DNA of 54,611 nucleotides from Clostridia bacterium (lineage in GTDB: Bacteria > Bacillota > Clostridia > CAKSNL01 > HGM11501). Location: the NCBI GenBank assembly GCA_045545475.1, contig JAZQAZ010000048.1:1-54611 (forward strand), in the 5' to 3' direction. Positions 9,283 through 19,015 of this stretch are shown here, piece by piece. Within the stretch, counting starts at the first letter, position 1, and every line of letters starts with the position of its first letter. The position numbers and the translations under genes are program-made. The notes under the pieces are model-generated. The model had not been told where the DNA came from. It searched no databases and saw only the letters and a list, made by a program, of their open reading frames with translations.

Positions 9283-10446
9283 ATTACTGACTTAATTTTA
9301 CGTGTATTTGTGGGAGAGGGTGCAAATGAAGGTGAAGGCAGCCGTAAACGCTACGGAAATGTGGCATCTGTCCTCGGCATTTTATGCAATGTGTTTTTAT
9401 GTATCATAAAGGGTCTGGCAGGCATTTTATCCGGATCCGTTGCAATTATTGCCGATGCGGCGAACAATTTGTCCGATGCGGGAAGCTCTGTTATTTCTTT
9501 AATCGGCTTTGCGGTGTCGGATAAACCTGCAGATGAAGAACACCCTTACGGTCACGCAAGGTTTGAATATATATCATGTCTTGCCGTAGCTTTTGTTATT
9601 TTCGGAATCGGAATTGCACTACTTAAATCCTCTGTGGAAAAAATAATCAATCCGGAGGCGGTGGAAAAAAGCTTTGTGGTGTTCCTTATTTTAATAATTT
9701 CAATTATCGTAAAGCTGTGGATGAGCCTTTTTTACAGAAAGGTGGGAAAGATTATATCCTCCTCTGTCCTAATGGCAAATTCAAAGGACTCATTTAACGA
9801 CGTAGTATCAACCGGAGCTGTATTTTTAACAACTCTTCTTTATACCATCACAGACATTAATCTTGACGGTTATGTGGGACTTATTGTTGCACTTTTCATT
9901 ATGTATGCAGGCTTCGGTGTACTTAAGGAAACCTTTGATAATATCTTAGGCACGGTCCCCGATGCGGCACTGGTTCGTTCCATAACGGAAAAGCTTAACT
10001 CATACGAGGGGGTACTTGGAATTCACGACCTTGTGGTGCACAGCTACGGCCCTGAAAAATATTTTGCCTCTGTACACGTTGAAGTGCCCTACGATGTGGA
10101 TATACTCTTAAGCCACGATATGATTGACAATATTGAGCGGGAATTCAGGGAAAATGAAAATATTAATCTTGTCATTCATTTGGACCCCATTGTGACGGAC
10201 GACGAGGAAGTAAACAGCCTTAAAGCAAAGACCGTTGAAATCGTAAAAGGAATAAATTCGCTTTACGGCGTTCACGATTTTCGTATGGTAAGGGGCGAAA
10301 CCCATTCCAATTTAATTTTCGATGTGGGAATCCCCGTGGGGGATAAAATCACTGAAGGTGAATTAAAAGAAAAAATTTCCTCCGAGGTAAAGAAAATTGA
10401 CGAAAAGCTTTTCTGTGTGATAACCGTTGACAGAAATCTTGTGTGA
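9283..10446 (+). CDS. Cation diffusion facilitator (FieF-like) transporter, probable ATT start
   Basis: ADAANNLSD, KPADEEHPYGHARFEY, DSFND and HDLVVHSYG motifs; GGAGG at 9271-9275 is 7 nt before an in-frame ATT (GTG 9310 lacks an RBS). Confidence 0.88.
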   Translation: MTDLILRVFVGEGANEGEGSRKRYGNVASVLGILCNVFLCIIKGLAGILSGSVAIIADAANNLSDAGSSVISLIGFAVSDKPADEEHPYGHARFEYISCLAVAFVIFGIGIALLKSSVEKIINPEAVEKSFVVFLILIISIIVKLWMSLFYRKVGKIISSSVLMANSKDSFNDVVSTGAVFLTTLLYTITDINLDGYVGLIVALFIMYAGFGVLKETFDNILGTVPDAALVRSITEKLNSYEGVLGIHDLVVHSYGPEKYFASVHVEVPYDVDILLSHDMIDNIEREFRENENINLVIHLDPIVTDDEEVNSLKAKTVEIVKGINSLYGVHDFRMVRGETHSNLIFDVGIPVGDKITEGELKEKISSEVKKIDEKLFCVITVDRNLV

Positions 10447-10454
10447 GACATTCT

Positions 10455-10497
10455 GATGCAGATATTTCTCCGAAAGAGAGGAATATCTGCATCTTTT
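10455..10497 (+). terminator. Intrinsic terminator
   Basis: GATGCAGATATTTCTC...GAGGAATATCTGCATC-TTTT. Confidence 0.75.
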
Positions 10498-10517
10498 AAT
10501 ATTAAAAAAATAAAAAA

Positions 10518-10535
10518 TTGTCAAAAAATTAACAA
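10518..10535. promoter_or_regulatory. Possible Rex-type operator upstream of surface-protein gene
   Basis: TTGTCAA-AAAA-TTAACAA, one mismatch from the clostridial Rex consensus TTGTTAA-N4-TTAACAA; the region is AT-rich, so chance is possible. Confidence 0.3.
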
Positions 10536-10610
10536 TTAAATATTGACGGAGAATATATTTTTTGATAAAATAAAGAAAAAGATAAATGCATTCAAGAAAG
10601 GCGTGATTTG

Positions 10611-13568
10611 ATGAAATTGACAAAGAAATTGACAGCGGTGCTTATGAGCATTTTTATGCTTATATCGCTTATAAGCGGAAATGTGCTTACAGCATTTGCG
10701 GAAGAGCCTCCTGTTTTGGTTACCAAAATAGATGTGCCCTCCGGCGGATTTGAGATCGAAAGAGAGAAAAAGACATCCGTAATGGCGGTAATAGAACCCG
10801 AGAATGCCACAAATCCCGCTCTTAAGTGGGTTATTGCAGACCCGACTGTTGCAGCATTTATGTGGGACGGAAACGAAGTGGCAACTCTCGAGACGGACGT
10901 CATCGGTCCCGACGTTGTAATAAAGGGGATTAAGAAGGGAAAAACCACCGTAACAGTAACGGCACAGGACGGAAGCGGAACAGAGGCTACCTTTGATGTT
11001 GATGTTCTGCCCAAGGAGTGTGTGGTTATTTTTAGAGCGACTCCCGTAGGAGGCGGAACAGCAGGCCCCGAAGGTGCGCATAAAGAAGGAACTATTGTTA
11101 CCGTTGAGGCACAGGCGAACGATGGCTATAGCTTTGTGAAGTGGACAGAGGACGGAATTGATGTATCAACTGATGCAATCTATACCTTCACGGTGGAAAA
11201 AGACCGAGAGCTTACTGCGGTGTTTGAGAAAAACAGCTATAAGGTTACGTGGGATAACGGCGACGGCAGAAGCTATGAGCAGTCCGTAAAATACGGTGAC
11301 GTTATAACAATTCCCACAAGTGATCTTTTTAATGAAACGGTAAGAAAAACAGGTCATACATTAGCTTCCTGGCAGGGCTATACCGAGGGTATGACAATGC
11401 CCGCAGAGGATGTAACTTTTACCGCCTCATACGAAGCAAACAGCTATATGGTTACGTGGGATAACGGCGATGGCGGAAGCTATGAGCAGTCCGTAAAATA
11501 CGGTGACGTTATAACAATTCCCACAAGTGAGCTTTTTAACGAAACGGTAAGAAAAACAGGCTATACATTAGCTTCCTGGCATGGCTATACCGAGGGTATG
11601 ACAATGCCCGCAGAGGATGTGACTTTTACCGCTTCGTACGAAGCAAATGAATACACCGTAAGCTTTAATGCAGGCGGAGGAGAAGCGATTGAAGCAATTA
11701 CCGTAACCTATGGCGAAGCCTATGGCTCCCTTCCCGAAGCATCAGATGTCAGAGGGCTTACGTGCGACGGAAACTGGTATCTTACCGATGCTGACGGTAA
11801 TGTTACGGATGAAATAATCACAGCAGAAACAATAGTTAAAACCGCACGTAACCATACACTTTCTGTAAAGCGAGATGTTGCCGAACCGATTCTTTCAATA
11901 AATCTTACGGCACCGGGATGCATTTCTGATAATTACGGATATTACAATCCGGAAAACTCCACAAGAATAATTACTGTAACAGTTGGCAATAAAAACGAGG
12001 ATGTATTAACCTACAGTTATGAGTGGTATAAGGAAGGAGAATTGGTTTCAGACAGCGACACATATGATGATGTATTAACCCTTGACGGAAACGTATCTGA
12101 CAGCGGAACTTATAAGGTTGTTGTAAAGGCTGAACTTGATGGAGAAGCCGGGATAGCATCGGAAGAAGCGGCAGCATCAGCCGAGGCGGAAAAGGTAGTA
12201 ACAATACGCCGTATTTCAAATACACTTTCCTATGATGCGGCCGGTGGAGAAAACGCACCGGGCAGCCACTATACAAACGGAGAAAGAATCACAGTTGCCT
12301 CAGGCATTCCTGTAAAAGAAGGCTATCGCTTTGAAGGCTGGAACACAAAAGCGGACGGAAGCGGTATATCTTATCCGGAGGGAAGCGAATATATATTTGA
12401 AGAGGATAACGGAAACGGCGGTTTAAAGGTTACTCTTTATGCCATCTGGGTTGAAAAGGAAACGCTTACCATTGATGAAGCTATTCAGGAATCCACCTAT
12501 GACGGAGAGGCTAAGGCATTTGAGATAAAAGGCGATGTCACGGAAGGCTTTACCGTTAAGTATAAAAAAGGCGAGGATGAAGTAACACCCATTGACACCG
12601 GAACATATGACGTTGTAATTACACGCGACGAAGACAATGATTACAAGAAGTTTGAAAAGACAGTTACCGGCGGACTTGTGATAAACAAGGCGACTCATAC
12701 CATTACAGAAGCTGACCTTCCCGAGGCAGGACGTATTGTAAAGGGAAAAACTCTTTCTGAAGTAAAGCTTACTCCTTATGAGCTTAAGGACGAAGAAGAA
12801 AATGTGATAGGAACCTTTGAATGGGCAGAGCCCGATGAGGTTTTAAGCGAAAGCGGCACATTTACAAAGGAAATAAATTTTGTCCCCGCTGACAGTACCA
12901 ACTACAACGGGCAGACCTTTGAAATTACTTTTAAGGTTTTTGTAAATCTCGGAAGCGTGGGCGGAGACGATACCAGATACTTTAACATTCAGTTTGAATC
13001 CAACGGCGGAAGCTATGTATCCATTCAGAATGTAGAAGAGGGAATGAAGGTTAAGGAGCCCAAAGCACCCACGAAGGAAGGATATGAGTTTGCCGGCTGG
13101 TTTACCGATAAGAAGCTTACCAAGGAATATAACTTCAGCAAAAAGGTAACTGAGGGCTTCACTCTTTATGCGGCATGGGAAGAGGAATCTGATGAGAAAA
13201 ATCAGATAATTCTTACTATTGACAAGAAGAATGCCGTTGTTTTCGGTGAAACCGTGACAAATGACGTTGCACCGATAATTGTAAACGACAGGACAATGCT
13301 CCCCATAAGATTCATTGCGGAAGCACTTGGAGCAGAGGTAACCTGGGACGAAGATAAAAGAGAGGTTACAATTTCTTGTGACGATACAGAAATTGTTATA
13401 ACCATTGATTCTGATGAGGCAAAGGTTGGATGGGAATTTGTTAAGCTTGACAGCCCTGCCTTTATCGAAAACGACAGAACATATCTTCCCTTAAGATTCG
13501 TTGCCGAAAATCTGGGTGCGAAGGTAGAATGGATAGAGGATGAAAGACAGGTTATTATAACAAAATAA
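10611..13568 (+). CDS. Secreted multidomain surface protein (Ig-like, InlB-B/Flg_new repeats, MBG-like, C-terminal Cu-amine-oxidase N-terminal-type domain)
   Basis: Signal peptide ending AFA-EE; PENATN Ig domain; GY(T/E/R)FxGW-type repeats; C-terminal RTMLPIRFIAEALGAEVTW / RTYLPLRFVAENLGAKVEW. Confidence 0.85.
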   Translation: MKLTKKLTAVLMSIFMLISLISGNVLTAFAEEPPVLVTKIDVPSGGFEIEREKKTSVMAVIEPENATNPALKWVIADPTVAAFMWDGNEVATLETDVIGPDVVIKGIKKGKTTVTVTAQDGSGTEATFDVDVLPKECVVIFRATPVGGGTAGPEGAHKEGTIVTVEAQANDGYSFVKWTEDGIDVSTDAIYTFTVEKDRELTAVFEKNSYKVTWDNGDGRSYEQSVKYGDVITIPTSDLFNETVRKTGHTLASWQGYTEGMTMPAEDVTFTASYEANSYMVTWDNGDGGSYEQSVKYGDVITIPTSELFNETVRKTGYTLASWHGYTEGMTMPAEDVTFTASYEANEYTVSFNAGGGEAIEAITVTYGEAYGSLPEASDVRGLTCDGNWYLTDADGNVTDEIITAETIVKTARNHTLSVKRDVAEPILSINLTAPGCISDNYGYYNPENSTRIITVTVGNKNEDVLTYSYEWYKEGELVSDSDTYDDVLTLDGNVSDSGTYKVVVKAELDGEAGIASEEAAASAEAEKVVTIRRISNTLSYDAAGGENAPGSHYTNGERITVASGIPVKEGYRFEGWNTKADGSGISYPEGSEYIFEEDNGNGGLKVTLYAIWVEKETLTIDEAIQESTYDGEAKAFEIKGDVTEGFTVKYKKGEDEVTPIDTGTYDVVITRDEDNDYKKFEKTVTGGLVINKATHTITEADLPEAGRIVKGKTLSEVKLTPYELKDEEENVIGTFEWAEPDEVLSESGTFTKEINFVPADSTNYNGQTFEITFKVFVNLGSVGGDDTRYFNIQFESNGGSYVSIQNVEEGMKVKEPKAPTKEGYEFAGWFTDKKLTKEYNFSKKVTEGFTLYAAWEEESDEKNQIILTIDKKNAVVFGETVTNDVAPIIVNDRTMLPIRFIAEALGAEVTWDEDKREVTISCDDTEIVITIDSDEAKVGWEFVKLDSPAFIENDRTYLPLRFVAENLGAKVEWIEDERQVIITK
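11231..11644 (+). repeat. Intragenic 207-bp (69-codon) tandem duplication
   Basis: 11231-11437 and 11438-11644 are near-identical (about a dozen substitutions by eye). Confidence 0.95.
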
Positions 13569-13575
13569 AAGCTGC

Positions 13576-13602
13576 AGGGGCTGATAGCATCAGCCCCTTT
13601 TT
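13576..13602 (+). terminator. Intrinsic terminator
   Basis: AGGGGCTGAT-AGC-ATCAGCCCCT-TTTT. Confidence 0.85.
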
Positions 13603-13670
13603 GCTGTCTTGACGGAAGTTCGCTTTTGTGTTAAAATACCATTTGTGCTTTTAAAGAAAGGCGGTTTATT

Positions 13671-14465
13671 ATGGATAAGCAGACGGAAACAAAAATTGAA
13701 GAAATAATAAAAGAAGCGGGAAAAATTATGCTTTCGGCCCGCTATAAAAATATGAATGTGGACGAAAAGACAGGATGTGCAAATTTCGTAACCGAATATG
13801 ATGTATTGGTGCAGAAGTTCCTTGAGGAAAAATTCCTTGAATTAATCCCCGAAGCAAAATTCCTTGCGGAGGAAGAGGGAGAAGACGAAAACAAGGTTGG
13901 CGACGGCTTAACCTTTATAATAGACCCCATTGACGGAACAAGCAACTTTATGTATAATATGAATCTCAGTGCAATTTCCGTTGCCATCGCAAAGGATAAA
14001 AAGACCGTATTCGCTGCCATATATAATCCCTATGCCGATGAATATTTTACGGCTGAAAGAGGAAAAGGCGCTTATCTTAACGGAGGTAAAATAAGCGTTT
14101 CTTCCGTTAAGGCATCAAGTTCTCTGGCACTTATCGGAACGGCGGCGTATTATAAGGACTCCATTGGAGATAAAACGGTAAAAATGTTTGAAAAGGTTTT
14201 TTATTCCTTCGGGGACATAAGACGATGCGGCTCTGCGGCCATTGATTTATGCAATATTGCAAAGGGAAGTGCCTCGGCGTTTTTTGAATATGTTCTGTCT
14301 CCCTGGGACTATGCGGCAGGAGCTTTGATTGTGACGGAAGCAGGAGGATATATCACCGACTTTAAGGGAGAAAGCCTTCTTGACAGATATGAAAAAAGTA
14401 CCGTCCTTGCAGCAAATGCCGTTGTTTTTGACGAAGCAAAAGAAATTGTAGAAAAAATTTACTGA
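13671..14465 (+). CDS. suhB: Inositol monophosphatase family protein (SuhB-like)
   Basis: NFVTEYD, AEE, IIDPIDGTSNF, RRCGSAA, PWDYAAG motifs. Confidence 0.85.
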   Translation: MDKQTETKIEEIIKEAGKIMLSARYKNMNVDEKTGCANFVTEYDVLVQKFLEEKFLELIPEAKFLAEEEGEDENKVGDGLTFIIDPIDGTSNFMYNMNLSAISVAIAKDKKTVFAAIYNPYADEYFTAERGKGAYLNGGKISVSSVKASSSLALIGTAAYYKDSIGDKTVKMFEKVFYSFGDIRRCGSAAIDLCNIAKGSASAFFEYVLSPWDYAAGALIVTEAGGYITDFKGESLLDRYEKSTVLAANAVVFDEAKEIVEKIY

Positions 14466-14544
14466 TTGTTCATTTTTCTCTCTTGCTTTTTAAAAGGAGA
14501 GAATATATAATAGAAAATAAGTTATTATGTAAAGGAGAACGAGC

Positions 14545-15855
14545 ATGGAAGAAAATAAGGATTTGAATATCGAAGCCGAAGAAGAAAAGGAAGCCGTTGA
14601 TAAAGCGGATTTTGCCGAAGTAAACTATGGCGAAGATAATAAGGAAGAAACAGAAGAAGCAGCAGAAAAAACAGGCGAGGAAGAAACAGAAGAAACCAAG
14701 GAAAAGAAGCCTAAGAAAAAGAAAATTATCGGTTTGGTAATTGCAATAGGATTGGTATTAATTCTTCTTATTGCAAGTGTTGCGAAATTTGCAGGCGGAC
14801 AAAATGCAGGTCTTTCCAACAGATTCGGTGTTGTTATAGGTATTCCTAAAGGAGGCTATCTTATACATACCGACTATAACGGCGACAAGCTTTATAAGTC
14901 AGGTATTGCAAAGAACAACATTGGCGAAAATGAAGTGATTTCCAACGACATTGCTCCCTGGGGATTTACAGAGCATGGCGGTTCCATCTACTTCTTTGAC
15001 AGAATGAAAAACGGTATATATAAGCTTGAGAAAAACGGTGCAGCTACACTTATTTATGAGGGAGTCACATATTATCATCAGTATTGCGGCAAATATGTTT
15101 ACTTCATGGAACCTGAAGCAAGCTACGGCGGATTTGTAAAGAGAGTTCCCTTAAAGGGCGGAGAAGCCGAAACAGTTCTTAATGTATACACTACAAGCTT
15201 TGCTGTTTCAGGAAAAAATATCATTTACTACGATTCGTCATTAAACGATTTGCTTGTGACAACTCTTGACAATGCATTGGAATTTGCAAAAGCATCTGAA
15301 GGTGAAGCTATGACATCTGCTGATATAAAGGCTATTGTTGTTGCAGCTGACAGATATGCACAGAATATAAATGTGGTTGGCGATGATGTATACTTTACAG
15401 ATGCATCCAAGGACAATGTAATTTGCCGTGCAAGCATAAAGACAGGCGAAGTTGAGGAAGTTAATTTCGGCACAACAGGAACATCCCTTAACGTATATGG
15501 AAAGTATATGTTCTATGTTGGTTCGGACAATTGCTTATATCGTATGAATCTTGACGGAAAAGATATAAGAAATCTTACAGGTAATGCATTTAAAACATTT
15601 GCAGGTTTCGGCTTGTTCAAAAACAGAATAGTTGCATATGCACTGATGGGACAGCTTAATGCTGAAACCATGCAGACAGATTATATGCCTGTGATAGTTG
15701 TTATGGACTTTGAAGGTAAGCCGATAAACGTAATTCCTGCCGTAGATATGTCAATGAACAATATGTATCCCGGTGGGGGAATGCCCGAGGTGCCTGAAGA
15801 AGTACCGGAGGAAACAGAGGAAGAAAGCGAAGCAACTGAAGAAACAGAAGGTTAA
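14545..15855 (+). CDS. Membrane-anchored beta-propeller protein (DUF5050-like)
   Basis: Acidic N-terminus, KKKK plus one TM helix, repeated IYF/IYKL and LYRMNLDG blades. Confidence 0.7.
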   Translation: MEENKDLNIEAEEEKEAVDKADFAEVNYGEDNKEETEEAAEKTGEEETEETKEKKPKKKKIIGLVIAIGLVLILLIASVAKFAGGQNAGLSNRFGVVIGIPKGGYLIHTDYNGDKLYKSGIAKNNIGENEVISNDIAPWGFTEHGGSIYFFDRMKNGIYKLEKNGAATLIYEGVTYYHQYCGKYVYFMEPEASYGGFVKRVPLKGGEAETVLNVYTTSFAVSGKNIIYYDSSLNDLLVTTLDNALEFAKASEGEAMTSADIKAIVVAADRYAQNINVVGDDVYFTDASKDNVICRASIKTGEVEEVNFGTTGTSLNVYGKYMFYVGSDNCLYRMNLDGKDIRNLTGNAFKTFAGFGLFKNRIVAYALMGQLNAETMQTDYMPVIVVMDFEGKPINVIPAVDMSMNNMYPGGGMPEVPEEVPEETEEESEATEETEG

Positions 15856-15858
15856 AAT

Positions 15859-15894
15859 AAAAATCTCAGAGCCATTCGGCTCTGAGATTTTTTT
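15859..15894. terminator. Bidirectional intrinsic terminator
   Basis: AAAAATCTCAGAGCC-ATTC-GGCTCTGAGATTTTTT between convergent genes. Confidence 0.85.
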
Positions 15895-17515
15895 ATTCTG
15901 TGATATACTTTCCTACATACTCAATTACGTTTTCGGTGTCCGAGCAATTTTCGAATTTATTTCCTTTATATATGAATTCTTCGGTGTTGTTAATTATCGC
16001 AACGGGACAATGACAGTCGATAAAAGTGTTGTCCGAAACTTCGATTTTGCCGTGGAAGTATTTGCCTTCTTCAAATTTGGGGCGTTTCATAACCTCCACA
16101 AGGCCCTTGCTGCCCCAGCTGCTCTTTACATATTTGCAACGGGTAAAGGTATTGCCTGTTATAAGAACATCTCTTACTCCGCCTGCTTCAAACCAGTATT
16201 TTCCGTCGGACTCAAACTTGATGGGAGTTCCGGGATTGTCAAAAAGATTGTTTCTTATAACGGTTTTTCCCGCACTTGCAAGAAGCATTCCCCTTGCACG
16301 GTTGTTTTTAAGTGTGCAGTTTTCAAAAATTACTTCGGGAACTCTTGAAACCTCTGTAACATCGTCGCCCACCAGAATATCTTCTGTACCGCCTTCAATT
16401 TCAACACTGATATATTCATAGTTGATTTTGGTAACGGATGAAACCCTGTAGCACTTTTTCGGAATCAATGATTCGGGATCGCAGGTTTCTATTGTATCTC
16501 CTGCCTTGATAAATTCAATTCCCTGCGCCTGATTGTGCATATATTTAAGAAGTATGGATTTTTCCGTCTTATCCATTATACGAAGGTAGATGCCGTGAAC
16601 GTTTAATGCATCGTCAAGCTGTGCCTCAAAGTATGAATCGTGGATATGTATAAGACCGTAGCAGTGAACAAAGTGGGTAGCATCGGCACCCAGGGTGATT
16701 ATGCCGTCAGCGTAGGGTACCAATTTCATTCCCGATATTTCGATGTTTTCGGAAACCTGGGCGATTACGCCCATTCCGGGGCCGTTGTGGCGGGTAAAGT
16801 TTTCGATTTTTATATTTTTTGAATGGTCGATAAATATTCCGCAGGATTCTCTGCTTCCGGGATCCAGTGAAATTTTATCGCCTGTTTTAAGTCCGTTGTT
16901 ATAATAGTAGGGGGAGTCTGTATGATAAAGGATATTCCCTTCGGAATCTGTAAGCTTGGAAAATGGAACACCGGCAAGACCAAGGTCGGGAAATTCGGGA
17001 GTCATATAGCCGGTTTCCTTATCCCAGGCGTTAAGGCGTGAAAAATAAGCAAACTTTGAGTTTCTTCTTGCTACCTTAAGGCAGGTTCCGTGAAGCACCA
17101 CAGGAGAGCCTCCCGTCTGGAGAAATGTAAAGCCTTTTTCGGAGCACTCTGTAACAACCCCTTCTGCTGTCAGGGGGTCAGATGTCCTTACGGATACGTT
17201 TTTTATTCCGATGTTTTCTGAGTCGATTACGGCAAAGGGGAAGGCGGTATCGTCAATTATAAGTTCGCTTCCCGAAAAATCCAAGGTAAAGTCCTTGAAG
17301 CCTTCCAAAAGGAATATGATTCCGCGAAGCCCGTTGTCGTGATTTGAAATTGTTACATATCTTTGCTCTGCGAGGGCGGAAGATATGTTATATGTACCTT
17401 TTGGGAAAACAAGAGTGTCTTCGCCATGCTCTTTGCAGTAGCAAAGAGCGGCTTTTATATCAAGCGTAATATTATCGGTTTTGTTAAATTGTTCAAAGTT
17501 TACCATCGGTGTCAT
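15893..17515 (-). CDS. GH110-like alpha-1,3-galactosidase (parallel beta-helix)
   Basis: DATHF...DDALNVHG catalytic segment, NNRARGML and WFEAG motifs; no signal peptide. Confidence 0.8.
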   Translation of the reverse strand: MTPMVNFEQFNKTDNITLDIKAALCYCKEHGEDTLVFPKGTYNISSALAEQRYVTISNHDNGLRGIIFLLEGFKDFTLDFSGSELIIDDTAFPFAVIDSENIGIKNVSVRTSDPLTAEGVVTECSEKGFTFLQTGGSPVVLHGTCLKVARRNSKFAYFSRLNAWDKETGYMTPEFPDLGLAGVPFSKLTDSEGNILYHTDSPYYYNNGLKTGDKISLDPGSRESCGIFIDHSKNIKIENFTRHNGPGMGVIAQVSENIEISGMKLVPYADGIITLGADATHFVHCYGLIHIHDSYFEAQLDDALNVHGIYLRIMDKTEKSILLKYMHNQAQGIEFIKAGDTIETCDPESLIPKKCYRVSSVTKINYEYISVEIEGGTEDILVGDDVTEVSRVPEVIFENCTLKNNRARGMLLASAGKTVIRNNLFDNPGTPIKFESDGKYWFEAGGVRDVLITGNTFTRCKYVKSSWGSKGLVEVMKRPKFEEGKYFHGKIEVSDNTFIDCHCPVAIINNTEEFIYKGNKFENCSDTENVIEYVGKYITE

Positions 17516-17629
17516 CCTTTCTTCGGGGGTTTACTTAATTTTACCATATAAAAACCGAAAAAGCAACAACAAAGAAAACAGGAATTTTTATGAACAAAAA
17601 GTAAAATATAACAAAATTGTTAAAAAAGT

Positions 17630-17658
17630 TTGACAAAATTAAAATATTGTGTTATAAT
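17630..17658 (+). promoter_or_regulatory. Sigma-A promoter of NlpC/P60 gene
   Basis: TTGACA-17-TATAAT with extended -10 TG. Confidence 0.75.
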
Positions 17659-17733
17659 ACGGTAAAAGTTACATAAACTCATTTGAGAAAAGCTTTGTTT
17701 TAAGATAGATGAATTGGAAAAAATGGAGGATTT

Positions 17734-18408
17734 ATGTTTTTTAATATTAAGAGATTAGGCTCACTTATGGTTACGGTTGCTTTAATTGCAATCAATACAA
17801 TTTGTACGGATGCTGAGGTAGGTATAGTTATTGCATCAAGCCTTAATGTAAGAGAAAAGGCAAGTTCAAGCTCTGCAATTGTGGCAGAGGTTGAAGCGGG
17901 AAGTGAAATTCTTCTTCTGGAGCGTACAGGTGACTGGTATAAGGTTAACGTCGGCGACATCGGATATGTTAATGCAAACTATATAAGAACAGAGAGCGAA
18001 TTTTCAACGGGAACCGTTAATGAAGCTCCCACAACAGATGCAACCATAACAAAGGGACAGCAGGTAATAGACCTTGCCAAGCAGTATATCGGTGTGCGTT
18101 ATGTATACGGAGGTACAACTCCCAACGGATTTGACTGCAGCGGTTTTGTTCAGTATGTATATAAAAACATGGGAGTAACCCTTAACCGTGTTGCGGCAGA
18201 CCAGGCTAAAAACGGTATTTATGTAGCAAAAGAAAATCTTCAGCCCGGAGATTTGGTATTTTTTAAAAAGCCGGGAAGAGCCATCCACCATGTCGGTATT
18301 TATGTGGGAGACGGAAACTACATACATGCTCCCTACACAGGAAGAACTATCTGCATAGAACCCATGACACGTTCCGACTATTACACGGCAAGAAGAATAT
18401 TCTATTAA
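17734..18408 (+). CDS. SH3b + NlpC/P60 peptidoglycan endopeptidase
   Basis: Signal-like N-terminus, LNVRE..WYKV..GYV SH3b domain, YVYGG..GFDCSG..HVGIYVG..YIHA. Confidence 0.93.
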   Translation: MFFNIKRLGSLMVTVALIAINTICTDAEVGIVIASSLNVREKASSSSAIVAEVEAGSEILLLERTGDWYKVNVGDIGYVNANYIRTESEFSTGTVNEAPTTDATITKGQQVIDLAKQYIGVRYVYGGTTPNGFDCSGFVQYVYKNMGVTLNRVAADQAKNGIYVAKENLQPGDLVFFKKPGRAIHHVGIYVGDGNYIHAPYTGRTICIEPMTRSDYYTARRIFY

Positions 18409-18425
18409 TGCCCGGAAAAAAACAC

Positions 18426-18492
18426 TTGATTTTCTTGAAAAAGTGTGTTATAATATAAAAAGCGTAAAAGAGTGGGAATTCTCCCACTCTTT
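18426..18492 (+). promoter_or_regulatory. Promoter and rimP leader hairpin
   Basis: TTGATT-17-TATAAT followed by AAAGAGTGGGA-ATTC-TCCCACTCTTT, the terminator-like hairpin typical of rimP-nusA leaders. Confidence 0.7.
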
Positions 18493-18543
18493 CGTGTTGT
18501 ATTAAGGAATTTATATTTTTCTCTGGAAAAGTGAGGTGTGAAA

Positions 18544-18999
18544 ATGTCCGTAATCGAGGAAATCGCAGAAAAGGAAGCTTCGGCGATTTGTGAAAAAGAG
18601 GGACTCTACGTTTATGAAGTAGAGTATAAAAAAGAAGGAAGCGACATGGTGCTTAGAATTTTTATAGATTCTGATACCGGCGTCACTCTTGATGACTGCG
18701 AAAAGGTAAGCCGTGCTTTATCTGACAGATTTGACGAGCTTGATCCGATAAAAACGCCGTATGAACTTGAACTTTCTTCGCCCGGTATAGAAAGGCTTCT
18801 TACAAGGCCATGGCATTTTGACAAGGTAATCGGCGAAAAGATAAGCGTTAAACTTTTTAAGCCAATTGATGGAATAAAAAACTTTACGGGAATCTTAAAA
18901 GAAGCCGACATCGAAACCTTTACTATTGAGGTCGGAGAAAATTTATTGAAAATTGAAAAAAATAAAGCATCACAAATAAAAACAGTATTTGAATTTTAG
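18544..18999 (+). CDS. rimP: Ribosome maturation factor RimP
   Basis: LRIFID..GVTLDDCEKVS, YELELSSPGIER; first gene of nusA operon. Confidence 0.95.
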   Translation: MSVIEEIAEKEASAICEKEGLYVYEVEYKKEGSDMVLRIFIDSDTGVTLDDCEKVSRALSDRFDELDPIKTPYELELSSPGIERLLTRPWHFDKVIGEKISVKLFKPIDGIKNFTGILKEADIETFTIEVGENLLKIEKNKASQIKTVFEF

Positions 19000-19015
19000 G
19001 GGGTATTTAAGAAAA

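Noticed and set aside
11231-11644. DGR TR/VR pair in the surface protein
   Set aside because: It is an in-frame tandem domain duplication with mixed substitution types.
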